64,000 nt of DNA. Origin: Podarcis pityusensis (Eukaryota). This document shows, piece after piece, positions 36,644 to 50,900 of the stretch. The translations under genes and the position numbers were made by a program. The DNA lies in the NCBI GenBank assembly GCA_964106645.2, contig OZ067047.1. One strand, written 5' to 3'. Each line of letters opens with the position of its first letter. Position 1 is the first letter of the stretch. The notes beneath the pieces were generated by a model, which did no database searches, was not told the DNA's origin, and saw only the letters and a list, made by a program, of their open reading frames with translations.

Positions 36644-38554
36644 GCCATGCTACAATTCGTATGAAGCTGGCACTGGTGAGGGGATGTTTTCAATATTACA
36701 TAATACATTTTGAAACTGACATCATCTGGTAAGCTCAATGACAAAGCACGCCAAAATTAAATGGTAGTATATGAATCTTGAAAAACAAAACATACTGTGT
36801 GTAGTATAAATGTCATTTTTGCTTAAAAGGAAGCATGGAATGTTTGAAACAAACCACAGTGGGAGAGGGGTGGTTTGAAACAAGTTTGTGAATTTTTCAG
36901 AAGGATTTTGGCAACTCTTTAGAATTTTTTATTTTTATAAAATAAACTCTAGAAAGCTACTTTTATACAAAGTCGCTATGTAGGATGTCTTTATGTAGGA
37001 AAAAAATTATAATGCAAAATTAGAACAAATAACAAATAACAACAACAAATTTACAGTATTTTACAACGTAATGACAAAAAAGTAACATACAAATACAGTT
37101 TTGGCTTTCATAGAAATGTATATTTATGCATTTAATAAATGCATTTGTGGCACACTGGTGATTACAGGAGTTATTGTCTGTTTTCATGCTAAGATTTTAG
37201 CTGGGCTGTACCATAACTTCGGAACCACAGTGCAGGGTTAGAGAAGCAATGTTTCAGAAGACATAGCTGAAGGTGATGCTACAATGAAATGACACGTTTA
37301 TGTTAAAAAAAGAAAGGCACCATACTTGCTGGTTGGGACATGCCATAATATGGTATACCATACAAACACTATTTCCTTTTACAAAATGGAAGCATTTCCT
37401 ATACATTCAGTAGCAATCAATGCCTTACAAACAAGACAACTGCCTGCATTCAAGGTTTGGCAAATATCAGGGGAAATATAGAATTAGTACCATATATGTA
37501 TCTTTATATAATATTATATATTTATATATATATGTATATATTGCATTGGAAATTAACAGGGAGTTCAGGTTGTTGACATCCGTTGCTAAACAAAAAGTAT
37601 AGAAATTCCTGAGTGAAGGACCTTCTCCATTTTTAAGATCATTTGTTTCACATACAATACCTCAAAACATCAAAGCACTAAGGAACGTGAAATTCAGAAA
37701 GTAACCTCAGTTCTGACCATAAACGGGAATAAAACTTTTTCAGTTACATTTTCAGGTCATTTGTGAATATATCGAAAAGCAACATCATCCTGTTTGATGA
37801 TGATACCTCATGTTCTCAGCTAAGACAATGTGGACATAAAAGCTCTGCATGAGAAGACTTTAATTCCTAACTCTGCCTCCCTTTCTTCACTGCAAAGAGA
37901 TTCTGGAACAGAGGAATGTTACTACCAATGCAAACTTGTGGCTAATTTTACACTACTGTGTTAATTTGTTTGAAACAAGCACAAAGTTGTCAGACATGCC
38001 TCATGTCTCATATATATTATGGCCTTAATCAGATTTATATTGATGTGCTCCAGCCCCTAGCCGCGGATCAAGGTTCTGGCCCCATTCACGGACACTTCTG
38101 TGGTAGATTTCAAAGGAACTCTTCATGAAGAAAGAAGCCATTCTATGGTAGGGCCTTTGTGAACACACAGGAAGACTGCCCTGTGCCACAGGAACCAACA
38201 ATTTCGTTCTTAATGACAGTCATACATTTTTTTACATAAAAGTACAACGGAACAGATATAGCAGAAGACATGTACTTCAAATATACATGTTACCAGCCTT
38301 AAAAATGATGAGAGTATTTCAACTGTGCTTTGTAAATACAGTTCAAAAAGTTGCTTTGTTTTTAATTAACATTTCAGGGACAATAAAAGGAACTTCATCA
38401 GATATTAATTTCTACTTTCCTTATTTCACACAAAAGTCTATGTTAAACTGGAGTAAACTTTGGGCAGGATCCAGAAAATTGTGAGGAGGAAGCTTGCAGA
38501 AGTGAATATTCCCATACACTCCTCCCTGTTCCACATCTCCTTTAGTCATAAAGC

Positions 38555-38699
38555 CAGTGGTTTTTTTCTGGGGGGAGTAGGTGTACGCATACCCCTAAAT
38601 ATTTTGTGAATCTAAGTCTGGCCTCATTGAGGGGCAGCATTTCAATATGAGTAGGAAAATGAGAGTACTCCTAAACATTTTTTAAGAAAAAAAGCACTC
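38555..38699. mobile_element. hAT-type MITE
   Basis: CAGTG(G)TTTTTTT...AAAAAAAGCACT ends; 8-bp TSD CATAAAGC/CATAAAGG; a partial second copy lies near 10580-10725. Confidence 0.7.
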
Positions 38700-40698
38700 C
38701 ATAAAGGTGATTCTCTTAGTGCTGCGGGTGGTTGTTGGGGGAGATGGGAAACTGCATAATAAACAGAGGCAACCACTTGCACAAGGTACCTCTCCTAGGA
38801 GGGTCCTCTGAGCCTCAAGTATGGCTTTTGAGGGGGTGGAGGCAGAAGGAAAGTCCTGTCTCATGAGCTTCTTCCCACTCTCCATTCCCTGTACCCAGCT
38901 TAGTATAATGTCATAATAGCCCAGCAAAACTATTGACAAACATTTCAGAAAAATCTTGACCATACCTGAAGTCCAAAGTCATTCCACTCACTAGATTTGA
39001 TAGTTAACACTGGTATGCATCATCTAAAAGAAGTATTTTCAGACTGGACAATAATGCAAGTTCAAGTTACCTTTTTTTTTTTTTTTACACCTTGAAACAA
39101 GCATCAGAAACATTCATTTGGGATATTTTAAATTAAAAGAACTGTAAAAAAATAAATTGGGGGACGGAATGTGAAATAAGGTGAACAGTTGCACAGAAGG
39201 ATAGCATTTTATATGACTGTTAAAGGTGTGGAAACTCTTTTGTTGTTTTTATCAAGTCATGCTACTTTGAAGAGAGAACAAAAGGTAAATACAGTCACTG
39301 ATCATTTTACCGCTAGTATAGTTATTATTACTTTTTAAGAGATGGGTTTTAGGTTCCTTGTGTTTTTTGGATTTTAAGAGGTGGGTATTTGCTTCAACCT
39401 TTACTTGGTAAAATTAAAAGGGATCAACCTTCACGAAATGGAAAAAAAAGGATTTATGAATCCAACACCGTAACCAAATTCACAAATGTGTCCTTTTAAA
39501 GGGAGATCACATGCAATACTGCTTAGGTCTAGCCCAATATAAATCTGTGTATCGTCAAATGCTGTTAAATAGTACCACTGACAACTGAAATTTCAAGCAA
39601 AGTATTTCTATCTTGTCTGTTTAATAAATGAACTTTGTACAATCTATGCACGCTACATGTGTCAGCACCAACACTTTCTCACATTGACTTCCATCTTTCC
39701 TTGGCCCACAAATAAAATCTGGGGAAGGAAGTATCCTGTGCATATGTGCTCCCCACATCCAGATTGCATGCAATTGCACCCATATACTTTCTAACTTAAT
39801 TCCAGGGTGAAGAAAACCCCCAGTAAGCATTAAATAAGAGGAGGAAAGAGAGAACAGGATACAAGACAACTGTGAAACGTGGTTGTACATAGCTGGTGCC
39901 TGGGACTGCAGAGTGCTCAGGTGTTCTGCCAGGATCATGCAGTACTCAGATGCTCTGCTTCTATTATAAGCCTTCCTAATTGTCAGGGACTGCTTGGATA
40001 CTGAGGAATGGGCACCAGAAGGGAGGTTGGAGACTGACTTGGAAAGAGAGAAGTGATCTGGGGCAGCCTGTAATAGCCAGGAGATGAGAGTCAGAGGCAG
40101 GAGAAGCTGCAGGGTTGGAGAGGAAAGAACAGGTGCAGGACAGGTCAGGCTGGTGTAGAGGAAAGGACGTCCACACCTCCTCCTTCTGCCCTCACCTCTC
40201 CTGCTCCACTGTTTCCAAGAACCAGCAAAGGATTGAAGCAGGAGGAGCAGAAACAAGTTACATGAAGACAGAGACATTGCCTCTTAGCACACAGAGGTCT
40301 GGAGTGGCAACTGCCTCATCCACTGCAGGCCTAGGAATAGCTGAGAGATGCAGGACTGATGGGCATACCTTTTCCTAACTTTTAAGTGTACCTTTGACAA
40401 TAAAGAGCTGATCCATCACTCTGGACATTACTTGCCTGACAGGGCCATAACGCTGATTTTGTCAGAGAAGTGAATGGGTGCAACAATGCAAGTTTGCTGA
40501 AAAATCGTAATAAAAGTGAACGGAGAATGAGAGAGAGGTGAAGCAGCAGTCACAAAGAGGGGAGAACACAAGATTCAATCGGCACCAACCACAGAATATG
40601 CTGTTATTAACACACGATGTTGTGCAGGAAAATTGAGCACCACCATAGAATTCATGGGGTGGTGTTTACTGTGCCCACTTTTGCATGAGTATCAGGTA

Positions 40699-40913
40699 CA
40701 GTGGTACCTCGGGTTAAGAACTTAATTCGTTCTGGAGGTCCGTTCTTAACCTGAAACTGTTCTTAACCTGAGGTACCACTTTAGCTAATGGGGCCTCCCG
40801 CTGCCACCGCGCTATTTCTGTTCTCATCCTGAAGCAAAGTTCTTAACCCAAGGTACTATTTCTGGGCTAGCGGAGTCTGTAACCTAAAGCGTCTGTAACC
40901 TGAGGTACCACTG
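40699..40913. mobile_element. Tc1/mariner MITE
   Basis: Same TIR family; TA TSD. Confidence 0.8.
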
Positions 40914-43900
40914 TACCACATTGTACAAAGAAAAAACAAACAAACCAATACAGCAATCAAGCAAACGCTTGTAAAGAGTTTTCCCTATGCTGATACTTTC
41001 TCCACTCATCTGTGTTAGGCGTGGCAATTTTTTGCCTTTAGTATAAAGCACTTTACTGAAAAATAGGTAGACATAAAAAGGTGGTTGGCAATATTATTCT
41101 CTTAAATCACATTTTACTAGACTGCTATTCAACTTGGGCTCATCAACTGATCAATTCAGCAGAGTATCCTGACCAGGTAATAGGTGGTTAAGGCTGAGTA
41201 TGTGTTCAGTATCTCTGCATGACTGCTGCACAAGCACAAAAGGTACAATTGGACCCAGAAATCTGGCACCCTGGGAATCAGTACCAGCTTCTTTTATTGT
41301 TTTCAAAGAATCTGGTAGCTGAAAAAAAGCTTGGAAATATGTGAAATCTATGTTATCTAAGGAAAGTCAGGACTTCCAGTGACCTAGGAACCTCATTTTA
41401 GTGCCTGCCACAGCTCTTTGCGCCTATTTCTCGACACCTGCGTCTACAAACCTAAATAGCCTCCATCCAATTAGCCCTCCCATTCTATTCTGTTACGGTC
41501 TTCCAAAATACAGTTCTGTTAGGAAAGCATGCAAAATCAGCATATGCACATCTGACTGGTGTAACAACAGAATTTGGATTTTGCTGACACACACAAAAAA
41601 CCCTGGAGATGTAAAATTCAGAGAGTGAGATTTATGATTTTAAAGGTATTAACTGAGGAGTTTCCAGAATATGCACATGTTCATTAGCACCTTGTTTTTG
41701 CAAGTATGTCAACCTATAACATCATGTCTTGTACTTTTCACAATTAAAATTATTACACTGTAAAGACTTCAAAATGAAGCAGTAGGTGCACCTACTCTGT
41801 GCCCTTCTGTGATATCCAAATGACTGGATGATTTACAGCTAATGTTATAATATAAAGATAGCAGAGAAATGGTGTCTTGTGTACTTTTCAGGCAAAAAAA
41901 AAAAAAGTGGATAGATAGTATTACTGAAAGGTTATTGCCACTTTTTGCAGGATATTGTGGAGGAAATGTCAACATCATGCAAGTTATTTCTCCAAAAAGT
42001 ATGTGTTCAGTGCTCTCCTACTAAGCACATTGCAGATCCAATGCAAACGTTAATACTGATGACAAACAGAGACTCAAATCTGCTAATGATGACTGCATCC
42101 CAACTTTGATGAGTCTCCAATAAAGTGCATATCTTGTCATTTGTTAGCAGCTAATTAGACACACTGTCTCCCTGAAGAGACAGAGATAAAACCATGAAAG
42201 CTATTTCGGATGTCAGAAAAGGATAAAGAGCTACCCTAGTTTCTTTCAAACATACATGCAAGGAGATAGTGTTCAGGTACATAAGACACAAAAGATGATT
42301 AGGGGGAACAATGCAAGACAATTGATCACATCTAAGCTTTTCTCAAAAATAAATTATGATTGTATCCTCTTTCCTTTTACATTCTACTGTATATTTCATA
42401 ATACCTATTTTCCTCAAGCAAAATTATAGAGCTTAACACCATGCAGTACTGCCAATCAGGATCCAGTTAGCTGAAATGTATTTAACAGGATTTCAGATTA
42501 TCCTGACACATTCAATGTACAGTTGCTTTCAGAGAGTATCAATAGTCCCTTAACTTCTCAAGTACCAGGTTATTTACTTCCAAGCACCATTCATTGATGG
42601 ACAGAGAAAAAGAAATAATTTATTTCCAAAACAATTCACAACGTCCCATTCCTTCTGTCATTTCCATCATGAAAGATTCTAGCTGTATATCTGACTACAT
42701 TCTCATATAAATATGAGCAGGAAGGTATTTTTAGGCAGCTGAGTTCTTAAAATGTTATCGAAATGAAGGCAATATTATAACTGAACAGAAAAGCAGCTTT
42801 GCCAGAGTCTTTTTTATATACTATGCCAAAACAATAATTTAAGTGATTTTTTTGGAGGGTTTGTGTATGGAACTCAACTTTTTTTGGAAGACACTTAGCT
42901 TTTTTAAAAAAAAATTGATCTGTTAACATAGTTTTGTTCAATTTGAAGGAAATGTATATAGAGACGTGACAGCCCAAAAGAAAAAAACCTGAATTATATG
43001 CATTTTTCCTGTATGTTAGTTTCTCATCTACAAGAAAGTTTTGGGAAACATAGAAAAAAAGTATGCAGCATTTTCTTTCAGAATGAGGAAAATACTTTTT
43101 AAAAACCAGTTTTAAAGTAAAATCACTATGCAGTCAGTTCACAGTGTTGAAAATCTCTCAGACCAAGGTAGTAAATGTTAATGATAAAAGCACTGCTGCT
43201 ATGATCGGAAAAGCAACACACTAAGACTTAATTCAAAATTCACAGGAAATTGGTCCTTGTTTGAAGTCCATGAAGTTCCAATTGAAAGTTTATAGATTCA
43301 GAACCTATGGATCTTTCAGAGCAAAAAAAACACAAGTTATGCTACTATCTGCAATTATATTTACTGAGATCATATGGGCTATAAATAAAACAAGTAACTG
43401 TTCAGGAGAGATAATTTTCTCTGCAGTTCCAGTGAATGCTTCAGCTGTTCCTATGCATGTTTACTCAAAAGCAAATTCCACTGAATTCAGTGACGCTCAA
43501 GCCAATTAACAGAGAAATCTTAACCCTGCCCAGGTAGGAACACGGCAGAGCACAGAATTGACCAGAGTGGAAGACAGGATTTTAATTTTTAAGCTACTTT
43601 GCTAGCTGTGCCTCCCCCTTCCCTCTAGCAATGTCCTGGTTTGGGCGTCCTACCCTTGGTATTAACAGCAGAAACACCACTAGCATTAACTACTCATTCA
43701 TCACCATTTCAGCAGCTAGGCCCATCCACTGGTGGAGCCTGGAAGATGGGATACCTCCACCATATTATAATCCCTCTTACAGCACAGATCAGGGGGTTAG
43801 AGCTGGTCTGTAACTTTGCATGGGTCTGGATTCCAAGTATAGTAACTGTTTAAGTATAATAACCCTATAACATATTATTAACAGACTATCCAAATGTAAA

Positions 43901-46900
43901 TCTGCTATTTTATTATAGGAAAGTGTACTTCCAGAGCTTCTCTCTTAAAATATAGCATATTCTGTTTCCGCATGAAAATATTTAAGTTTACAATACTATT
44001 TTAAGCCCATGCTTTCCTTTGTTTACTACAATATTGATCGCTTCAATACTGTATTTCATTTCATTTTTTCCTTATTTTTCCAAGTGAACATTGGCAAGGT
44101 ACCTTCGACATGGAATTTTAAACTGCTACACCCTAACCCTGGATAGATTTGCAATTATTGTTTAAATAAAATAAAGATGTTTATAACTTTAAATTTCATA
44201 AATAAACTAAACAGTACCAATATGTTCTAAAACATACTACATTTTGTGTTTTTAAAGAAGGAAAGTTTATGTTTGATAAGATAGTATGCTTATATATATA
44301 TATATTTCCGTTTTTTACATAACTTCTGGAATTCTTTTTCTGGTGAGGAAAACACACCAGAATCCCACCCCTGCCCCCAGGACCCTTTAAAATGTCTTGA
44401 AATTGTTAGATCTCTCCATGGTATCACACCAATTTTTAACAGCTATTTTTTCCTTTGCAATTGCAGGCTCAGCTACTCTGTGTTGCTGTGGTGTTGCTTT
44501 GCAAGCTTCTTTTACTGTGAAACTGAGGAACGACTGGATAAATTTACCAGGGAAGATCAGCAGATGCCAGATATACCGGGAATATTCAGTGATAGTTAAA
44601 CTAGCAAACAAAAAGGGTTACATTTATATATCCAGAGATATTACTTCCAGATATTCTCTGCATATTCAGTAGCTCCTCCATTCAAAGACTTACTCTGCTG
44701 GCAAACAAAACTTATGATGGAACACACTGATGTCAATAACAGAACCATATCACAAAAAGCACATTATGGCAGCACTGAAAGGATTTCATGCTTAGAAGCC
44801 TAGGCAGATACCCCATTGCAGATGTTTAGGACTGGGATCTCTGTTTCACAGAACCCAGATGCAGACAGGAACATAGGAAGCTGCCTTATACCAAAAGTCA
44901 CATTATTGGTCCATCTAGCTCAGCACTGACAGCACGAATTGGAGCGGCTATGCAAGGTTTCAGACAAGACCTATCTGGAAATGTTAGGGATTGAACCTGG
45001 CACCTTCTGCAAGCGAAGCAAGTGTTCTACCACTGAGCTGTGGCCCTTATCCAACTCAAGCAAACTATTACTTGTTCAACCACTTTACCGGCTTGTTTTG
45101 GTAAAGCATAGGATCTTTTCAAGCCCAGCATTCTGACTGCTACATTGACCTGCAAATGTTATCTGGAAGAAGCCAATACATGCTCACATCTCTATACGCC
45201 CCTCTCTAAGGTGCCAGGGAACTGTTTGTACTCAAACATCTATAATGCACCATTCCATTTGTGCAAGTAAAGAAGGCCTTTCTGATAAGGGACAATATTA
45301 TACGTGAGCCTCCCCAAAAGCTTTCCCATAACAACATGGAAATTGAACAAAAGGCAACATATAAAATACAATGAACAAGAGCTATGTACAGAATTAACAG
45401 TATGCAACTTAAAGGCTGTATAGGAGAGATGGCGACGCAAAATGAAAAGCAAGAAAGAGCAAAGACATTTTACAGAATGGAAAGATCTGACCATACATTA
45501 AATGTAATTGCGAATTACTTCACAAATATCTGTACAACTGTACAGGAAAAACCTGAAGCTGCCACTTGGAAGTCTGTAGTGGATCTAAGCCAAGGCCAAT
45601 TTCAGATTGTGATGAAAGGGAACACTGACGTAAAGAGAACCCTGGTGTGACCTCTCGCATGCAACAGTGGCAAGTCAATCCTGAAGCTCTTTTCTCAGGA
45701 TGGTCTGAAGAAACAAATCTAAGTTGGAATCCAAAGAGCTCTGTGCAACCGCAGCAGATAGTGATTCTGCATCTACATGGAACGGTTGCTGATTTTTTTC
45801 TTTCAGCTGCATGGGATGTTGCTCTCAATAGGTTTCTGGGAGCAGCCCTTTGTGGGGTGGGGGGCATAATGGGACAAAGAGGGCTCCAACAGTAAGTAAA
45901 GTCAGGAATGCCATCCACTGCATCCTGGCCAAAAACAATTTATAGCTCTTTATCAATACAGTACCATACCATATTCTTTATGCCACCTTTACACACAAAA
46001 AAGTGTGAGTTTATCTTACTTCCCTGCTAAATGGTACACTTTCTTCAGATTAGTCACTGCTACTTTTGATTTGACAAAGCAAAAAGCAAAAAACAAAACC
46101 TTGAACTGCAACACAGTGTCTTTCTGAAGTGCAAATGAATCTGTGACAAAACAGCATTTTTAAAAAATTACTACCTGCTGGATTTATGGTCAGTGGTTTT
46201 AAAGTGCATCTGGTCATTATTTCAAGGACTGAAACCAAGTGCTAAATGATACTCTAATATATTTATGAAACTGCTGATTTCATCCCTCCCAAGTCAGCCA
46301 CTCGTAAGTAATGGCACTCTACTCAGTATTAAAATTTCAAATTTAGTAATTGACTTTATTAATAGATTTACACAGTGCAGGACCGTCACAAGCTGCTCCT
46401 ACTGGAAGGGCTTTAGAGGATGACAGCTGCCTGTCATCCTCTCCCATCAACTAAGCACTGATTTATGTGCCAGACCATCATTAAGCCCACACATGCTAGA
46501 TAAAAGGAATTTGTACCCTGTTATGGCTCAACCCAAACTGACCAGAATCTCTCTCGTTGATGCCACATGATGCCATAAATTCAACTGGAATATGTGAATC
46601 TACAGGCCTATGCTATGAGAGAAAATACTGACCTGCTTGTTAATATGAAGTTTCAGGAGGCATTAAAAAAAGTGTCATAATGCCTTCAGTGACTTTAGGC
46701 ACATGGCCAAGTCTGCCAGAACTGGCATGTTATCCAACTTTCAGCCAATGCAATAGGCACTATAAGAAGATGGCAACACTGTCTGAAAGCTGTTAACTAC
46801 CATTGTAAAATGAAACAGTGTTATTCAATACTCTTTCTATCTTAAATTCCCTTTAAATAAGCACATGACATGAAGCATTCAGAAAAAATCTATCGATCTA

Positions 46901-46994
46901 TAACATGTGGTGTAGCATTTAAAAATCAAAACAGAGCATTCATTTTAAAAAAACTTCAAAAAGGTGCAAATGATTTAACTAATGCTTTCCAGGC

Positions 46995-47984
46995 TCACAT
47001 AGGCAGGTCAGTACTATTATGTCTAGTTTTCCTAGAAGTACCGTCGTCACGTGGCAGTGCTTTCTGCAAGCTTGACATAGCAGCTGTTCTTTCAATGTCT
47101 ATCACAGCATACAGCTCTGTGCGCCTGGTTGGAGTCTGTGGAAGTGGCGTGGTAGGAGTTTTTGGAGTCTGAGGGTTGTCAGAGTCACTGCCACCTTCCA
47201 AATCAACCTGTATATAATTGAGCTGCCTGTGTTCTGAACTTGGTCGCCTAATATCAAAGTTAAAGACCGTTGGGGTACAGTCCCGGCGTCTTGCATATTC
47301 TACTTTGTGAGCACTTGATGGCACCGTCACATTCTCTGTATTGACATAATTATGCATGGGGTCTAAATTATTGTGATAGCCATTCAGAGATGGTGTCTTT
47401 GGTCCTAAACTGTCATCCTCCTCTTTACTTAACTTGTGGGCTTCCCAAACTGGAGGCAAAGATGGCAGGTTTTCATAATTTAGCAATGCAGTTCTCCTCT
47501 GAGCGGAATTGTTGATATTCTGGGTATCAGAGGTACTGGATGATATCAGACGACCTCTCCTGAGTCCTGGGGCACCAGGAATAGACAACCTATTTACATT
47601 TTCATACGCTATTTTGTTACCAGAGGAAACTTCTTTGCGTTCGTCACTGTCGTACCCAGTGTCCCATTCATTGTTACTACTCGCACTAGCTTGAGTACTG
47701 TTGGCACTAGTTTCAGTACTGTTTCCACCACCTTGAGTACTGTTCCCACTGGATTCAGTTTTTTCTTTTTCCATTAACTGCCTCTGGACAGGCGTTGGAC
47801 CCAAAACAAATTTGACTCCTTCAGGTTCCAGTACGACCTGGGCATCTCTATCATCTGGACAAGTTTCATCTTCCCTTGCCTTGCTTGTTTCTGCATTAGA
47901 AACCCTTCGCTCCAGAGGTGTACGCACACTTGGCCTGTTTTTTCTTTCCTCCTGTACACCTGTTGTATTCACATATGTATGGAC
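46995..47984 (-). CDS. FRS2: FRS2 terminal coding exon
   Basis: VHTYVNTTG...TRHNSTDLPM*; 990 nt. Confidence 0.96.
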   Translation of the reverse strand, partial: VHTYVNTTGVQEERKNRPSVRTPLERRVSNAETSKAREDETCPDDRDAQVVLEPEGVKFVLGPTPVQRQLMEKEKTESSGNSTQGGGNSTETSANSTQASASSNNEWDTGYDSDERKEVSSGNKIAYENVNRLSIPGAPGLRRGRLISSSTSDTQNINNSAQRRTALLNYENLPSLPPVWEAHKLSKEEDDSLGPKTPSLNGYHNNLDPMHNYVNTENVTVPSSAHKVEYARRRDCTPTVFNFDIRRPSSEHRQLNYIQVDLEGGSDSDNPQTPKTPTTPLPQTPTRRTELYAVIDIERTAAMSSLQKALPRDDGTSRKTRHNSTDLPM

Positions 47985-50900
47985 CTGCAAAAGACAGAAT
48001 AGCGTGTCAGCTGTGGGGTCACATGGCTACTTCACACATTGTCTTACTCCATTTTTCCTTATGACCACATTTTCCGTCATATCCCAAAGGGGTAGGTACA
48101 AGGCAACATGAACTCAGTCCAGAAACCTGCTTCAGAGCACTTCTACCGTAGAGAACAAGACTGGCAACAATTTCAATAGAGATTTATACTATCACAGCAA
48201 TCATGAGAAAGCGGAAGAGAATTAAGACTGGGATATGACAACTGGCGTGCTCTAGTCCATGGGGTCACGAAGAGTCGGACACGACTAAACGACTAAACAA
48301 CAATGACAACTGTGAAGTCAAACCCCAAATCACTTACTTGCTCCTCTGCTACAAGCAGGGGATGTGTTGACTCTTCGCCTACTGAAGGAAGACGGGCACT
48401 CCCTACGGAAGGGTGTCTGCTGGAGGGATGTGATGAAGCATCTCCATAGGAAGGATACCTTGGATACCCATTGGGTAGACTCTGCCCACTCAACCCAGGT
48501 GCTGATTAAAAAGAAAATCCAGTTACCCTATTGTATTGAATGGCGCTCTTTTATTATTTGCTGTAACAACCAATTAGCATGCATGGATGCTTGGGAAATA
48601 ATAGCAGATATTCACCATCTGAAATCGATGAGGTCTAAATCTTATGATGAATTTTAAGACACTTCAAATGAGAACATGGCAAGTGAGCTCAAGTGTCATA
48701 TTCAACACTCAGAAAAAAGAAACTTACTGGTAGGTGTGCGGGGTGTTCTTGGAACGTCCATCTCTGTTTGATGTGGATTCCTTTCTACTACAGGCTCCTC
48801 AACCACATTTATACTATTATTCTGCATGATCTCTTGCAACATATTAAATAATTCTTCAGCACGAGCACACTTGAAGGCAAATATTCCTACAACAACATAG
48901 AATCTGTTAGATACCTTTAATGAATAAAGTAAGCTTCCAATAACAGGTGTTGTACAGTCCATTTAAGCACATACCTGTTAATAAAAAAAGACCTATCAAA
49001 CTAAATTATGTTAAACCCCTTTTATATATATACTGAAAAGTTTTAAATTACTCATGATCACAGATTTAAACAAAAGGTAAAGCGGATAAAGCAACAATAA
49101 CCAGAGAGAGAAAATTCAGGAAACAAAACTTTATTGGTAAGCAGTAGTCCCTGAAAGAGCACGGTTTTGCTGCAGCAAAATTGTATTTCAGATTTTCTGC
49201 TCGATATTTGTAACAAAATCAATATAAAATTCCTATACAAAGAGGTAAGAAGGATCTGACAAAGGGTACAAGTTTATGTGAAGGTTAAGGGAAGAAGGAA
49301 TATAAAACAGATTTGGGTGATACAGACAAAGCCAATTTGGTTTTGGTCTCAAGGATAGACACAGAAACAAAGTAGCCAATACCATGGATTTTCCTCTAGT
49401 ATTGTTCCACTTTGTCTTTTGACAGCAGAGGGAGCCCAACTTACCATCATCAGCAAAGAGAACCAGTGCAGTTGGCAGCTTTGGATTATTCTTCCATTGA
49501 AAGCATTAAGTTAAAGTTGACATTCTTGTTAACAAGTGTGTGTTTTTGCTACTGCCGAGCTTTAGCTTATCTAACATATCAAAACTATTGTCCACTACTC
49601 TGTTTCAGCCAACACAATTAGGTGTGGTAGCAGATTGTAAAACCTGAAAATTTTAGTAAATTGGTTGTGTGTTAAGAGCAGGAGTACCTTGAGCAAAATT
49701 CAAATATAATAACAAAAAAATTTCTAGACAGTATCTAATTGTGTCATGCACACTCTCAAATATTCATGTATTTATTCATCAACTAAATTTGGCATCATCT
49801 CCACAGTTGTCTACCACTTGTGCTCAACAACTCATTTATGCTATAAAACCTATTCAGAGAATGCTTCAGACTAAATGGACTGTGATCCACAGTGCTACAA
49901 AAAGTCCATATTTTTCCAAGGTAGCTGCTAAATAAAATAATGAATACACCAAAATTTGTCCACAACAGAAATGGAATCCTATTCTTAATGGGCTTTGAGT
50001 ACAATTAGTGGTTCATGGTCAATGTTAGCCATACTTAGAGTAGACCAGTGTTTCCCAAACTTGGGTCTCCAGCTGTTTTTGGACTACAAGCTAGCTAGCA
50101 GGACCTAGGTCAGGGATGTAGTCAGAAAACAGTTGGAGACCCAAGTCTGGGAAACACTGGAGCAGACCTACCAACATCAATAAAATTACTCAAGTCCATT
50201 TCAATGGTTCTGCTCTGACTATGAAACACTGGAAGCTCTTGTATTTTATTGCAACAGCTTTTGAACTTTCTGTCTTCAGACAACAGACAATTCTTTCCCA
50301 ACTGAACATCTACTGACGAACCCTACGCACTTGCCCTGAACATCTGCAGAGGCATGAACTAAACACAAGCCCTATAACTCATCCAACATTCTTCTGTGGT
50401 ATAACTGGTACACAGTACACTCATCTAATTATATCCTTTAACATCTGTGAAACTGTGGGTTGTATCCAACCCAGTTGTCCCACTAACGTAAGGACTTCCA
50501 CCTGGCAATGCAACTTTCTTTCCTTTTCCTCTCCCAAATCTGCTCCTGAGGGTTGGGGCAACCCCCAAACAGATTTGGAGCACACATGGGAAAAGGAGCT
50601 GGAGCTCCATTGCAAAATGCAGAAGCCCTGGCACTAAAAGGTAAACTTCAGTGGATACAAAGCATTGTTTTGAATACTGACTTTTGAATTTAGAAACATT
50701 TTTCAAAAATCAAATTCCTCTTTGTCCCTGCATTTTAGGAAATGACTAGCAAGTTATTTTATAGGAAAGCCTACCACCATTACTGATGCTCTCACTGAGG
50801 GACACCCAAAACACAGGTTTTACAGCAATGCTTTTGGTTAACTAACATATTAACCTGTTATATAGAAACAAGTTGTATTAATGCAACTTTCATGACAATC

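Noticed and set aside
39621-40277. 218-aa ORF on the - strand
   Set aside because: No recognisable domain, compositionally biased, no convincing exon structure, and it lies in the presumed FRS2 3' UTR or intergenic region; probably a chance ORF.
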